From contig DHVB01000077.1 of assembly GCA_002412425.1 (NCBI GenBank), positions 22,948 through 86,947 of the forward strand: a stretch of 64,000 nucleotides of DNA. Reading direction: 5' to 3'. This stretch comes from Bacteroidales bacterium UBA5219 (GTDB lineage Bacteria; Bacteroidota; Bacteroidia; Bacteroidales; ML635J-15). The notes below the pieces were generated by a model. That model was not told where the DNA came from and did no database searches. It was given only the letters and a program-made list of their open reading frames with translations. Shown here one piece after another: positions 30,276 to 40,109 of the stretch. Positions within the stretch are counted from its first letter, which is position 1. Every line of letters begins with the position of its first letter. The position numbers were made by a program, and so were the translations under genes.

Positions 30276-32297
30276 GTGGCTTATAAATTAATATCAGAAT
30301 ACAAACCAACTGGCGACCAGCCCGAAGCTATAGAACAATTATCTAAAGGCATTGCTTCTGGTTTAAAACATCAAACTTTATTAGGTGTTACGGGAAGTGG
30401 TAAGACTTTTACTATAGCCAATGTTATTGCTAATTTTGATCGTCAAGTTTTAGTTTTAAGTCATAACAAAACTCTTGCAGCTCAACTTTATTTAGAATTT
30501 AAAGAGTTTTTCCCTGAAAATGCAGTTGAATATTTTGTGTCATACTACGATTATTATCAACCCGAAGCATACATGCCAATTACAGATACTTATATTGAAA
30601 AAGATCTTTCAATAAATGATGAAATTGAAAAACTAAGATTAAGTACTTCATCGGCTTTACTTTCGGGAAGAAAAGATGTTATTGTCGTTAGCTCTGTTTC
30701 GTGTATTTATGGAATTGGAAATCCTGATGATTTTCATGCAAATACTTTACAAATAAATATTGGGCAAAAATATGGTCGAGATATTTTATTAAGGCATTTG
30801 GTTGATGCTCTGTATTTTAGATCGGATATTGATTTTAAAAGAGGAAGTTTTAGAGTAAAAGGCGATACAGTTGATGTTTTTTTAGCCTATCACGATATTG
30901 CTATAAGAATAATTTTTTGGGACGAAGAAGTTGAAGAAATATATTCTTTCGAACCTTATTCTGGGGAAAAAATAGATAATATAGAAACTGCGAAAATTTA
31001 TCCTGCAAATATTTTTGTTACAACAAAAGAAAGAATAAACCAAGCTATAATTCAAATTCAGGACGATATGATGGCTCAAGTTGAGTACTTCAAAAACATG
31101 GGAAAAACTTTGGAGGCAAAACGCTTAAAAGAAAGAGTTAGCTATGATATTGAAATGATTAGAGAGCTTGGTCATTGCAGTGGAATAGAAAATTATTCGC
31201 GTTATTTTGATGGAAGAAAACCAGGTACTCGCCCCTTCTGCCTGATTGATTATTTTTCAAAAGATTTTATTACTGTAATTGATGAAAGCCATGTTACCAT
31301 TCCTCAAATTGGTGCTATGTATGGTGGCGACAGGTCAAGAAAAGAAAATTTAGTAAATTATGGCTTTAGACTTCCTGCTGCAATAGATAACCGACCACTT
31401 AAATTTGAAGAATTTGAATCTTTAATGAACCAAACCATTTATGTAAGTGCTACTCCTGCAAATTATGAATTGGAAAAATCAGAAGGAGTTATAGTTGAAC
31501 AAGTTATTCGCCCTACAGGTTTATTAGATCCAATTATAGAAGTAAGACCCTCATTAAATCAAATTGATGATTTAATGAACGAAATTAATATTAGAATAGA
31601 AAAAAACGAAAGAACTCTTGTTACAACTCTAACAAAAAGAATGGCAGAAGAATTGAACAAATATTTTTTAAGATTTAATTTGAATTGTAAATACATTCAT
31701 TCTGATGTTGAGACTATAGAAAGAGTTGAAATTTTAGCTGAATTACGCTCTGGGAAAATTGATGTTTTAATAGGTGTGAATTTGCTTAGAGAAGGTTTAG
31801 ACTTGCCTGAAGTTTCATTAGTTGCAATAATTGATGCTGATAAAGAAGGTTTTTTACGTTCAGAAAGGTCATTAACTCAAACTGCCGGAAGAGCAGCAAG
31901 ACATTTGAATGGAAAAGTTATTATGTATGCTGATAAAATTACAAATTCAATGCAAAAAACAATTGACGAAACAAACAGACGTAGAGAAAAGCAATTAAAA
32001 TACAATGAAAAACATAATATCACACCTAGTCAAATTATAAAAGCACAAAGAGAAATTATTGGTAAAAAAGCTGAATATTATTCTCCTGACGAAAGCAAAG
32101 ATATTGAAACACTAATTGCTGCTGACCCAATAGTACAATACATGACAGTACCAGAGCTTGAAAAAACTATTAAAAATACAAAAAAACTAATGCAAGAAGC
32201 CTCTTCAAACTTAGATTTTGTTGAAGCAGCAAGACTTAGAGACGAAATGTATGCTTATGAAAAGCTTTTAGAAAAATTAAAACAAAAAAACTACTAA
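30276..32297 (+). CDS. uvrB: Excinuclease ABC subunit B
   Basis: PTGDQPEAI, GVTGSGKT, YYDYYQPEAY, DESH, NLLREGLDLPEVS. GTG start; TAACTTTG box at 30251-30258. Confidence 0.97.
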   Translation: MAYKLISEYKPTGDQPEAIEQLSKGIASGLKHQTLLGVTGSGKTFTIANVIANFDRQVLVLSHNKTLAAQLYLEFKEFFPENAVEYFVSYYDYYQPEAYMPITDTYIEKDLSINDEIEKLRLSTSSALLSGRKDVIVVSSVSCIYGIGNPDDFHANTLQINIGQKYGRDILLRHLVDALYFRSDIDFKRGSFRVKGDTVDVFLAYHDIAIRIIFWDEEVEEIYSFEPYSGEKIDNIETAKIYPANIFVTTKERINQAIIQIQDDMMAQVEYFKNMGKTLEAKRLKERVSYDIEMIRELGHCSGIENYSRYFDGRKPGTRPFCLIDYFSKDFITVIDESHVTIPQIGAMYGGDRSRKENLVNYGFRLPAAIDNRPLKFEEFESLMNQTIYVSATPANYELEKSEGVIVEQVIRPTGLLDPIIEVRPSLNQIDDLMNEINIRIEKNERTLVTTLTKRMAEELNKYFLRFNLNCKYIHSDVETIERVEILAELRSGKIDVLIGVNLLREGLDLPEVSLVAIIDADKEGFLRSERSLTQTAGRAARHLNGKVIMYADKITNSMQKTIDETNRRREKQLKYNEKHNITPSQIIKAQREIIGKKAEYYSPDESKDIETLIAADPIVQYMTVPELEKTIKNTKKLMQEASSNLDFVEAARLRDEMYAYEKLLEKLKQKNY

Positions 32298-32305
32298 GTC
32301 AATAA

Positions 32306-33196
32306 TTAGTTCAAATGCTTATAATAAATATTCATGCTTTCGATTTGCCCTGCTATATGTGTATTGTTTACTAAAGTTCCACTATATTTATACGAAGCAT
32401 TTAAAAGAGTTTTATTCATTCCTAACTCTGATAATCTTGCAACTGCATAAGCTGTTTTTATATTTTTTTGCTTTAAATTTTCTTCTGTAAACTTCAATAA
32501 ATGAAATGCAAATCTTTTACCTCTATATTCTGGAAGCACTGCAAAATCGGTTACTTCTGCATGTTTTTCTTTATGGTTAATTTCTGCTCCCGACAAACCA
32601 ACTATTCTATCTCCGTCCCAAATTCCGAAATGGAACAACCGGTTTTCTTGTATTCCTTTAAGTATATTTTCAGTTTCTATAGGAAAAGGATAAGACGCAA
32701 ATGTTTGTTGTAATATTTTTGCTATTTCATCTGCATGAGATTCGTTTAATGATTCCATTCTAAAATTTTGCAATTTCTCATAATTATCTTCAACTTCAGT
32801 AATTTCCAATAAATCGGAAAATAATCCTAATTGCTTTCTTGGAGTTTTAGCACGTTGTTCTGTGAGAAATTTCGAAACCATAATACAATCAGTTTTACCA
32901 TCAAAAAATTTAGGAACATAAGCTTCAACTTTATAACCACTTAATATAAAATCTGGTAAATCATCTGTGCGAATTAGACAAATAATTTTACTATAAGAAT
33001 TTTCTTCAGCTAAATTTTCTATTTCAGCTATTATTTCATAATTGTCATCTTCAGGATTCAAACTCAATAAGATAACTCTATCATTTAGTTTTCCATGCTG
33101 TATAATTGATTTTCCAAGTTTTTCAATTTTATCACTTTTTCTTTTTTTTATAATTTTTTCTTTTGCCTTCATCTCTTTAAATAATATATCATTCAT
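32306..33196 (-). CDS. ablB: Putative beta-lysine N-acetyltransferase (GNAT)
   Basis: QHGKLNDRV, FASYPFPI, AEVTDFAVLPEYRG, GMN..., YSGTLVNNTHIAGQIESMNIYYK. Start codon uncertain (33196 or 33172). Confidence 0.8.
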   Translation of the reverse strand: MNDILFKEMKAKEKIIKKRKSDKIEKLGKSIIQHGKLNDRVILLSLNPEDDNYEIIAEIENLAEENSYSKIICLIRTDDLPDFILSGYKVEAYVPKFFDGKTDCIMVSKFLTEQRAKTPRKQLGLFSDLLEITEVEDNYEKLQNFRMESLNESHADEIAKILQQTFASYPFPIETENILKGIQENRLFHFGIWDGDRIVGLSGAEINHKEKHAEVTDFAVLPEYRGKRFAFHLLKFTEENLKQKNIKTAYAVARLSELGMNKTLLNASYKYSGTLVNNTHIAGQIESMNIYYKHLN

Positions 33197-33757
33197 AAAA
33201 ATTAATTTTATTATTAAAATAACCAACTTAAAACTTAAAGTTTAAGCCTTTTAAGTAATTTGTTTTATTTGTATTAAATTAATGGATTAAATAAAAAGCA
33301 CTTACTTTAGGTAAAAGCATTGCTCATAAACTGTAAAAACATGTTTATGTCTATTTTAAAGAAATATATTGAAAAAATACAGAATAGAGCGTTAGTGTAA
33401 AAATAAAATAATGGGAATAACAATAATTTCACTAAGCTATTTAAAATATAAACCATAACACTTTTGTTACTTTTTGTGCAAATATAATAAATTTTTACAT
33501 ATTTCCAAAAAACCATACAGTAAGAACCTTTAAACAAGCAATTTTGCCATATAATATTAATATAATAAAATTTTATTTTTACGATTTTTCTAAATATTTT
33601 CCTGTGGCTTATTTAGACAATTTCTATATTAGGAATTTATAATATAAAACATAAAAAATCTGTTTTTAAGACAATTAAAAATATTAACTTAGCGACACTT
33701 TTAAAATTGAAATTAATAGTAATAAAATTATTTAAATATTTAATTAATAAAACAAAT

Positions 33758-36700
33758 ATGTCAAAAGAAAAAAAATTTATCACATGTGATGGAAACCATG
33801 CTGCTTCACACGTAGCATACATGTTTAGTGATATGGCTTGTATTTATCCTATCACTCCATCTTCAAACATGGCAGAGAACGTTGACGAATGGGCTGCTCA
33901 CGGCAGAAAAAACATTTTTGGTCAAACAGTAAAAGTTGAAGAAATGCAATCTGAAGCCGGTGCTGCAGGAGCTGTTCACGGTGCGTTACAAGCTGGTGCT
34001 TTAACCACCACTTACACTGCTTCTCAAGGCTTGTTATTAATGATTCCTAATATGTACAAAATGTCAGGCGAATTATTACCTGCTGTTTTTCATGTTAGTG
34101 CAAGAAGTTTAGCTGCTCAAGCACTGTCAATTTTTGGCGACCATAGCGATGTTATGAGTACTAGACAAACAGGTTTTGCAATGTTAGCAACTAGCTCTGT
34201 TCAACAAATTATGGACTTAGCTCCTATTGCTCACTTAGCAGCAATTAAATCAAGAGTTCCTTTTATGCACTTCTTCGATGGTTTTAGAACTTCTCACGAA
34301 ATTCAAAAAGTTGAATATTTCGACAACGAAGAAATGGCTGCACTACTTGATTGGGAAGCTTTGGATAATTTTAGAAAATCTGCTCAAAATCCAGACAATC
34401 CTGTAACTAAAGGTACTGCTCAAAACCCAGATATTTATTTCCAATCTCGCGAAGCTGCAAATAAATTTTACACCAACATTCCTGACCTTGTTGAGGAGTA
34501 TATGCAAGAAATCACAAAATTAACAGGAAGAGAATATCACCCATTTACATATCATGGTGCAGCTGATGCTGAAAACATTATTGTAGCTATGGGTTCTATT
34601 ACAGACCTGCTAATCGAAACTGTAGATTACCTTAACAATTCAGGTAAAAAAGTTGGCGTTATTACAGTACACTTATACAGACCATTTTCTGAAAAATATT
34701 TTATGAAAGTTCTTCCAAAAACTGTAAAAAGAATTGCTGTTTTAGACAGAACTAAAGAAATTGGTGCTAACGGCGAACCTTTATTCTTAGACGTTAAAGA
34801 AATGTTCTATAATAAAGAAAACAGACCAATGATTATAGGTGGTAGATATGGACTTTCTTCAAAAGACACTACTCCTGCAATGATGATTTCTGTTTTCGAA
34901 AATTTAGCATCAGACAAACCAAAAGATAGATTTACTGTAGGAATTGTTGATGATGTTACAAATTTATCATTACCATTAAAAGAAAACATTTCTATTCTTG
35001 ATAAAGGAACTTTCGAAGCAAAATTTTACGGCTTAGGTTCTGATGGTACTGTTGGTGCTAACAAAAACTCAATTAAAATTATTGGTGATAGCACAGATAA
35101 ATATTGTCAAGCATATTTTGCTTATGACTCTAAAAAATCTGGAGGTTTCACAGCTTCTCACTTACGCTTTGGCGACAAAGAAATTAGAGCTCCTTATTTA
35201 GTAACTACACCTGATTTTGTTGCTTGCCACGTTCCTAAATATGTAGAACTTTATGATGTACTAGAAGGCATTAAACCTAATGGAAGTTTCTTATTGAACT
35301 CACTTCATGACGCGGAAGAAACTAAAAAGAATCTTCCTGACCACATGAAAAAAGTTCTAGCAGAGAAAAATATTAAATTCTATATTATAAATGCTACACA
35401 AATTGCAGAAGAAATTGGTTTAGGAAATAGAACTAATACCATTTTACAATCAGCATTCTTCAAAATTGCTAATGTAATCCCTTACGAAAAAGCTGTTGAA
35501 CAAATGAAGAAAATGATTGATATTTCTTATGGTTTAAAAGGTGAAAAAATAGTTCAAATGAACTATAAAGCTGTTGATGCTGGAGCAAGCGTTGTTCAAG
35601 TTGATGTACCAGCAGAATGGGCTAATATTAAAACTGAAGGTTTCAAGTTTAAAAGAGATAGAGAAGTTCCTGAATTTGTTTCAAAAGTTGCTGACGTTAT
35701 CAATTCTCAAAAAGGAGACACTTTACCAGTTTCAACATTTAACGGTCGCGAAAATGGTAGTTTCCCAGCTGGATTAACCAAATATGAAAAACGTGGCGTT
35801 GCTGTTAACGTTCCAGAATGGATTCCTGAAAATTGTATCCAATGTAACCAATGTTCTTATATTTGTCCTCACGCAGCTATTCGTCCTTTCTTACTAACAG
35901 ACGAAGAAGTTAAAAAAGCTCCTGCTGGAACAAAAACTATTCAAGGTGCTGGACCAACAAAAGAATATAAGTTCAAAATGCAAGTTTCTGTTTTAGACTG
36001 TACTGGTTGTGGAAACTGTGCTGATATTTGTCCTGCAAAAACTAAAGCTTTAGTGATGAAACCACTTGAAACTCAAATGGACGAAGTAGATCGCTGGTAT
36101 TATATGGACGAAACTGTTGGTTACAAAGAAAATGTAGTTGACAAACACTCAAATGTTAAAAACTCACAATTCGCTCAACCATTATTTGAGTTCTCTGGTG
36201 CTTGTGCAGGATGTGGCGAAACTCCATATATTAAATTAATTACTCAATTATTTGGCGAAAGAATGATTATAGCAAATGCTACAGGTTGTTCTTCTATTTA
36301 TGGTGGTTCGGCTCCTTCAACTCCATATTGCAAAAACTACAATTCAGGTAAAGGTCCTGCTTGGGCGAACTCACTATTCGAAGACAATGCTGAATACGGA
36401 TTTGGTATGGCATCGGCTATAGAAAAAATGAGAGAAGGCATTGCAATGCGTTTAAACGAAGCTAAATGGACAGGCGAAGCAGCAGAAGCGGCTAAAGATT
36501 GGCTAGCAAATATGGACAACGCAGAAGCATCTGAGAAAGCATCTGAAAGACTAGTTAAAGCAATTGAAAAGCTAAACGACCCAATTGCAAAAGAAGTAAT
36601 GAACAAAAAACAATATCTTGTTAAAAAATCAGTATGGATATTTGGTGGAGACGGTTGGGCTTATGATATAGGTTATGGCGGTCTAGATCACGTTATTGCT

Positions 36701-37279
36701 TCTGGCAAAGATGTTAATATTTTAGTAATGGATACAGAAGTTTACTCAAACACAGGTGGACAAGCTTCTAAATCAACTCCTACAGCTGCAATTGCTAAAT
36801 TTGCTGCATCAGGAATGAAAACTCGCAAAAAAGACCTTGGTGCAATGGCAATGACTTATGGTTATGTTTATGTTGCACAAGTTGCTGTAGGTGCTAATCA
36901 TGCTCAGTATTATAAAACAATTAAAGAAGCTGAAGCATATCCTGGACCATCTCTAATTATTGCTTATGCACCATGTATTAATCATGGCTTAAAAGCAGGA
37001 ATGGGCAAAACTCAAGACGAAGAGAGACGTGCTGTTGAATGTGGATATTGGGTTAATTGGAGATACAATCCACAACTTGAAGCTGAAGGAAAAAATCCAT
37101 TCCAATTAGATAGCAAAGAACCAGATTGGAGCAAATTCCAAACATTCCTTGATGGTGAAGTTCGTTACAACTCACTAAAAAAATTGTTCCCAGAAACTGC
37201 AGAAGCTTTATTACAAGAAGCTGAAAGAAATGCAAAATGGAGATACAATTTCTACAAACGATTAGCTGAACAAAAATAA
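33758..37279 (+). CDS. nifJ: Pyruvate:ferredoxin (flavodoxin) oxidoreductase
   Basis: YPITPSS, MQSEAGAAG, CIQCNQC, CTGCGNC, GACAGCGE, GGDGWAYDIG. ATG at 33758 (MSKEKKFITCDGN) is the likely start. Confidence 0.97.
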   Translation: MSKEKKFITCDGNHAASHVAYMFSDMACIYPITPSSNMAENVDEWAAHGRKNIFGQTVKVEEMQSEAGAAGAVHGALQAGALTTTYTASQGLLLMIPNMYKMSGELLPAVFHVSARSLAAQALSIFGDHSDVMSTRQTGFAMLATSSVQQIMDLAPIAHLAAIKSRVPFMHFFDGFRTSHEIQKVEYFDNEEMAALLDWEALDNFRKSAQNPDNPVTKGTAQNPDIYFQSREAANKFYTNIPDLVEEYMQEITKLTGREYHPFTYHGAADAENIIVAMGSITDLLIETVDYLNNSGKKVGVITVHLYRPFSEKYFMKVLPKTVKRIAVLDRTKEIGANGEPLFLDVKEMFYNKENRPMIIGGRYGLSSKDTTPAMMISVFENLASDKPKDRFTVGIVDDVTNLSLPLKENISILDKGTFEAKFYGLGSDGTVGANKNSIKIIGDSTDKYCQAYFAYDSKKSGGFTASHLRFGDKEIRAPYLVTTPDFVACHVPKYVELYDVLEGIKPNGSFLLNSLHDAEETKKNLPDHMKKVLAEKNIKFYIINATQIAEEIGLGNRTNTILQSAFFKIANVIPYEKAVEQMKKMIDISYGLKGEKIVQMNYKAVDAGASVVQVDVPAEWANIKTEGFKFKRDREVPEFVSKVADVINSQKGDTLPVSTFNGRENGSFPAGLTKYEKRGVAVNVPEWIPENCIQCNQCSYICPHAAIRPFLLTDEEVKKAPAGTKTIQGAGPTKEYKFKMQVSVLDCTGCGNCADICPAKTKALVMKPLETQMDEVDRWYYMDETVGYKENVVDKHSNVKNSQFAQPLFEFSGACAGCGETPYIKLITQLFGERMIIANATGCSSIYGGSAPSTPYCKNYNSGKGPAWANSLFEDNAEYGFGMASAIEKMREGIAMRLNEAKWTGEAAEAAKDWLANMDNAEASEKASERLVKAIEKLNDPIAKEVMNKKQYLVKKSVWIFGGDGWAYDIGYGGLDHVIASGKDVNILVMDTEVYSNTGGQASKSTPTAAIAKFAASGMKTRKKDLGAMAMTYGYVYVAQVAVGANHAQYYKTIKEAEAYPGPSLIIAYAPCINHGLKAGMGKTQDEERRAVECGYWVNWRYNPQLEAEGKNPFQLDSKEPDWSKFQTFLDGEVRYNSLKKLFPETAEALLQEAERNAKWRYNFYKRLAEQK

Positions 37280-37298
37280 GCTATATAATACTGTAAAT

Positions 37299-37333
37299 AA
37301 AAAATGGCTACCGATTGAGTAGCCATTTTTTTT
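37299..37333. terminator. Bidirectional intrinsic terminator
   Basis: AAAAAATGGCTAC-CGATTGA-GTAGCCATTTTTT between convergent genes. Confidence 0.85.
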
Positions 37334-37344
37334 AAATGTTTTTT

Positions 37345-38205
37345 TTAATTTTCAGTCCACTTGAAAAATACTGGTTCTACAGTATAACCTTTCTTTCTCA
37401 ATAATTCCAAAACACCATCTTCACCAGCTAAGTGTGCTGCACCAACAGCACAAAATAAAGATTGTTTTTTAGAAATTTTAAGAAAATTCTTAACCATAAC
37501 AACATTTCGTTTGATTAAAAAATTCTCATTAAAATCTGCGGGCATAGTAGAATCTGTTGATAATTCAAGCATTTTATCTAAATCAAAATTCATATAAGTT
37601 TCCAACATTTCATTTAATTTAGACATAGTATCATTTTCAGCAGTATCTGTTAAAGATTTATACAACATATCTGCCTGTTCTTCTAAACTAATAGCATCAA
37701 TAGCACTAATTTGATCCATAAATTTCTCTACTCCATAACAAGGCTTTCCAGCTTTTCTCGCCTCTGTCAAGAAAAATAAATCTAAAGCCAAGTCCATATC
37801 TTTTGGCATTTCCAATTGCATTAACTGACTAGACAAGAAAAAAGGCTTCATTTTATTATATAGTAATACTCCTGCTCCAGTCTTAACCTTAACTATTGAA
37901 TCTAAAACTCTATATTCTTCTTTTGTATATAATTTATCAAGTGTGTTGTTTTTCATCAACATTGCATCCATCATTTCTTGCATAGGAATTTCGTCCATAA
38001 GAATTTCCATAGCAAAAGCATCGCTACTTTCAAAAGCTTCTAAAACAGACTCGTCAAAACTAAAAGCTCGTTTATCCTGAATATGAATTGTGCCATAAAT
38101 ATAGGACGGATTTTTAATTTTCTTACCGCTTATTTTCCATAACAAAGACTGAGAAAACAATGACGAACTTACAAATAACAATAAAATAAAACTGATTTTC
38201 TTCAT
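37345..38205 (-). CDS. TraB/GumN family protein
   Basis: SLLWKISG, SYIYGTIH, RN..M, FCAVGAAHL.G.DGVL.LL..KGYTVEP. Confidence 0.9.
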   Translation of the reverse strand: MKKISFILLLFVSSSLFSQSLLWKISGKKIKNPSYIYGTIHIQDKRAFSFDESVLEAFESSDAFAMEILMDEIPMQEMMDAMLMKNNTLDKLYTKEEYRVLDSIVKVKTGAGVLLYNKMKPFFLSSQLMQLEMPKDMDLALDLFFLTEARKAGKPCYGVEKFMDQISAIDAISLEEQADMLYKSLTDTAENDTMSKLNEMLETYMNFDLDKMLELSTDSTMPADFNENFLIKRNVVMVKNFLKISKKQSLFCAVGAAHLAGEDGVLELLRKKGYTVEPVFFKWTEN

Positions 38206-38225
38206 AATACATTAAATTTATTAAT

Positions 38226-38264
38226 AAAAAATATCCTCAAAAATAAAACATTTTGAGGATATTT
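38226..38264 (-). terminator. Intrinsic terminator after the MFS gene
   Basis: AAAATATCCTCAAAA...TTTTGAGGATATTTT inverted repeat. Confidence 0.7.
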
Positions 38265-38293
38265 TAAAATTTTATCAAACTTATAAAAATATG

Positions 38294-39952
38294 TTATGAT
38301 TGAATATTTGGCAATTCAAGTCCATAACCTCTTTTCTTATCAACTGATTTAAGTACAAACCCTAAAATAAGAGCCGCAACACCAAGCATTGCTAACATAA
38401 TTAGGGGATTTGTATAATCATAAGAGATAGACGCTTCAGTAGAAGTCATAGTTCCATCTGCAACAGCTTGTGCAATTTCTGGATTAGACCAATCTAATAT
38501 CTTACCTATTAATAATGGGAACAACCATAAACCTATATTTTGAATCCAGAAAATCAAAGCATAAGCCGAACCAATAATCTTACTATCAACAAGTTTTGGA
38601 ACACTTGGCCATAGAGCAGCTGGTACCAAAGAGAATGATGCTCCAAGTACTAAAATTGTTAAGAATGCAACTATTACACCTCCAATATTATTACCTTTAA
38701 ATTCTGGCAAAATAAATGCAAAAGTTAAATGGCAAACAATTAGTAAAGTTGAGCCCAACATTAACATTGAAGCTGCCTTACCTTTATTATCAACATATTT
38801 TCCTAAAATTGGTGTAATACCAACAGCTAATAATGGGAATACTGCGAAAATAGACTCTGCGGATTGACGTTGATAAGCCATATAGCAGAATACTAACAGC
38901 GAAATTATTGATACTGCTAGTAATGAAAATTGTACTTGTCTCTTTTTTACAAAATTACTAGCGAAAGCAGTAGCTGCCACCACAAGCATAACTATATATT
39001 GTACAACTGCAACAAGATTAGAAGCCCAGAAAGATCCTTCTTCAGGTTTTACAAAATCTAAATTACATTGCAACATATTTACAGCATATTTTTGGAATGG
39101 GAAAATAGCTGAATAATATAGAACACATAATAAAGCTACCAACCAGAAACCAAGACTAGTAAAAATCTTTCCTAAATCACGAATTCTGAATGGGTCGTCT
39201 TTTTCTTCTGCTTCACCTGTTTGAGCATCTAATTTTTTATCCATAAAAGCATAAGCAATAAAAGCAATTAGAGCAATCATTAATAACAATAAACCAAAAG
39301 CAACAGAACGAGACACGTCAGGTCTTCCAAAAGCATTTGCAATTACAGGTGAGAAAATCATACAAGTTGCAACACCCAAGCGAGCCAATGCCATTTCAGA
39401 ACCCATTGCTAAAGCCATTTCTTTTCCTCTAAACCATTTTACAATACCTCTAGAAACGGTAATACCTGCCATTTCGACACCACAACCAAAAATCATAAAA
39501 CCTACAGATGCAAATTTTGCAGAAGCTGGCATACCTCGATAAAATGGAGAAACCCCTAATTCATCAAAAATAGGTATATAGTTTAAATTTTCATTAAACC
39601 AAGTTTCTAAACTTGAACCCATAAATGCCTCCGTTACTGCATACCAATTAATAGTAGCCCCAATCAACATTACAATTCCTGATAAAATAGCTGTAAACCT
39701 AACACCCATTTTATCCAAAATTATACCTGCAAAAATTAAAAATAGAATGAAAACATTCAAGAAGGTCTCAGAACCAGCATAAGTACCGAAAGCTGTAGAG
39801 TCCCAACCGCGAGTAGATTCTAGCAAATCTTTTATTGGAGATAAAATATCCATAAAGATATAAGCACAAAACATCGCAAATGATAGCAAAATCAAAGCTG
39901 TCCATCGAGCAGAAGCTTTGTCTCGCAATAAAGTTTTTGTCTTTTCAACCAT
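38294..39952 (-). CDS. MFS transporter (MFSD1-like, Bacteroidota type)
   Basis: Many transmembrane segments, GIILDKMGVR motif A, IVKWFRGKEMALAMG. Confidence 0.88.
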   Translation of the reverse strand: MVEKTKTLLRDKASARWTALILLSFAMFCAYIFMDILSPIKDLLESTRGWDSTAFGTYAGSETFLNVFILFLIFAGIILDKMGVRFTAILSGIVMLIGATINWYAVTEAFMGSSLETWFNENLNYIPIFDELGVSPFYRGMPASAKFASVGFMIFGCGVEMAGITVSRGIVKWFRGKEMALAMGSEMALARLGVATCMIFSPVIANAFGRPDVSRSVAFGLLLLMIALIAFIAYAFMDKKLDAQTGEAEEKDDPFRIRDLGKIFTSLGFWLVALLCVLYYSAIFPFQKYAVNMLQCNLDFVKPEEGSFWASNLVAVVQYIVMLVVAATAFASNFVKKRQVQFSLLAVSIISLLVFCYMAYQRQSAESIFAVFPLLAVGITPILGKYVDNKGKAASMLMLGSTLLIVCHLTFAFILPEFKGNNIGGVIVAFLTILVLGASFSLVPAALWPSVPKLVDSKIIGSAYALIFWIQNIGLWLFPLLIGKILDWSNPEIAQAVADGTMTSTEASISYDYTNPLIMLAMLGVAALILGFVLKSVDKKRGYGLELPNIQS

Positions 39953-40109
39953 AATAGTAATTTTTAGATTTTATTTATTTTTTGCAAATGTATTATTTTT
40001 TAAATAAAAAAGTGATTTTTTAACAAAGAATATTTTTTCATATCAAAAAATTATTATTACCTTTGCCTTTTAAAAGAATTATAAACTATTATTTATTAAT
40101 TAATTTAAT

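Noticed and set aside
33230-33480. Riboswitch in the ablB leader
   Set aside because: The sequence is very AT-rich and I could not see a conserved aptamer core; an Rfam scan would be needed to exclude it fully.
33707-33757. TTG-started N-terminal extension of PFOR
   Set aside because: The conserved PFOR N-terminus begins at ATG 33758; the upstream part is AT-rich UTR.
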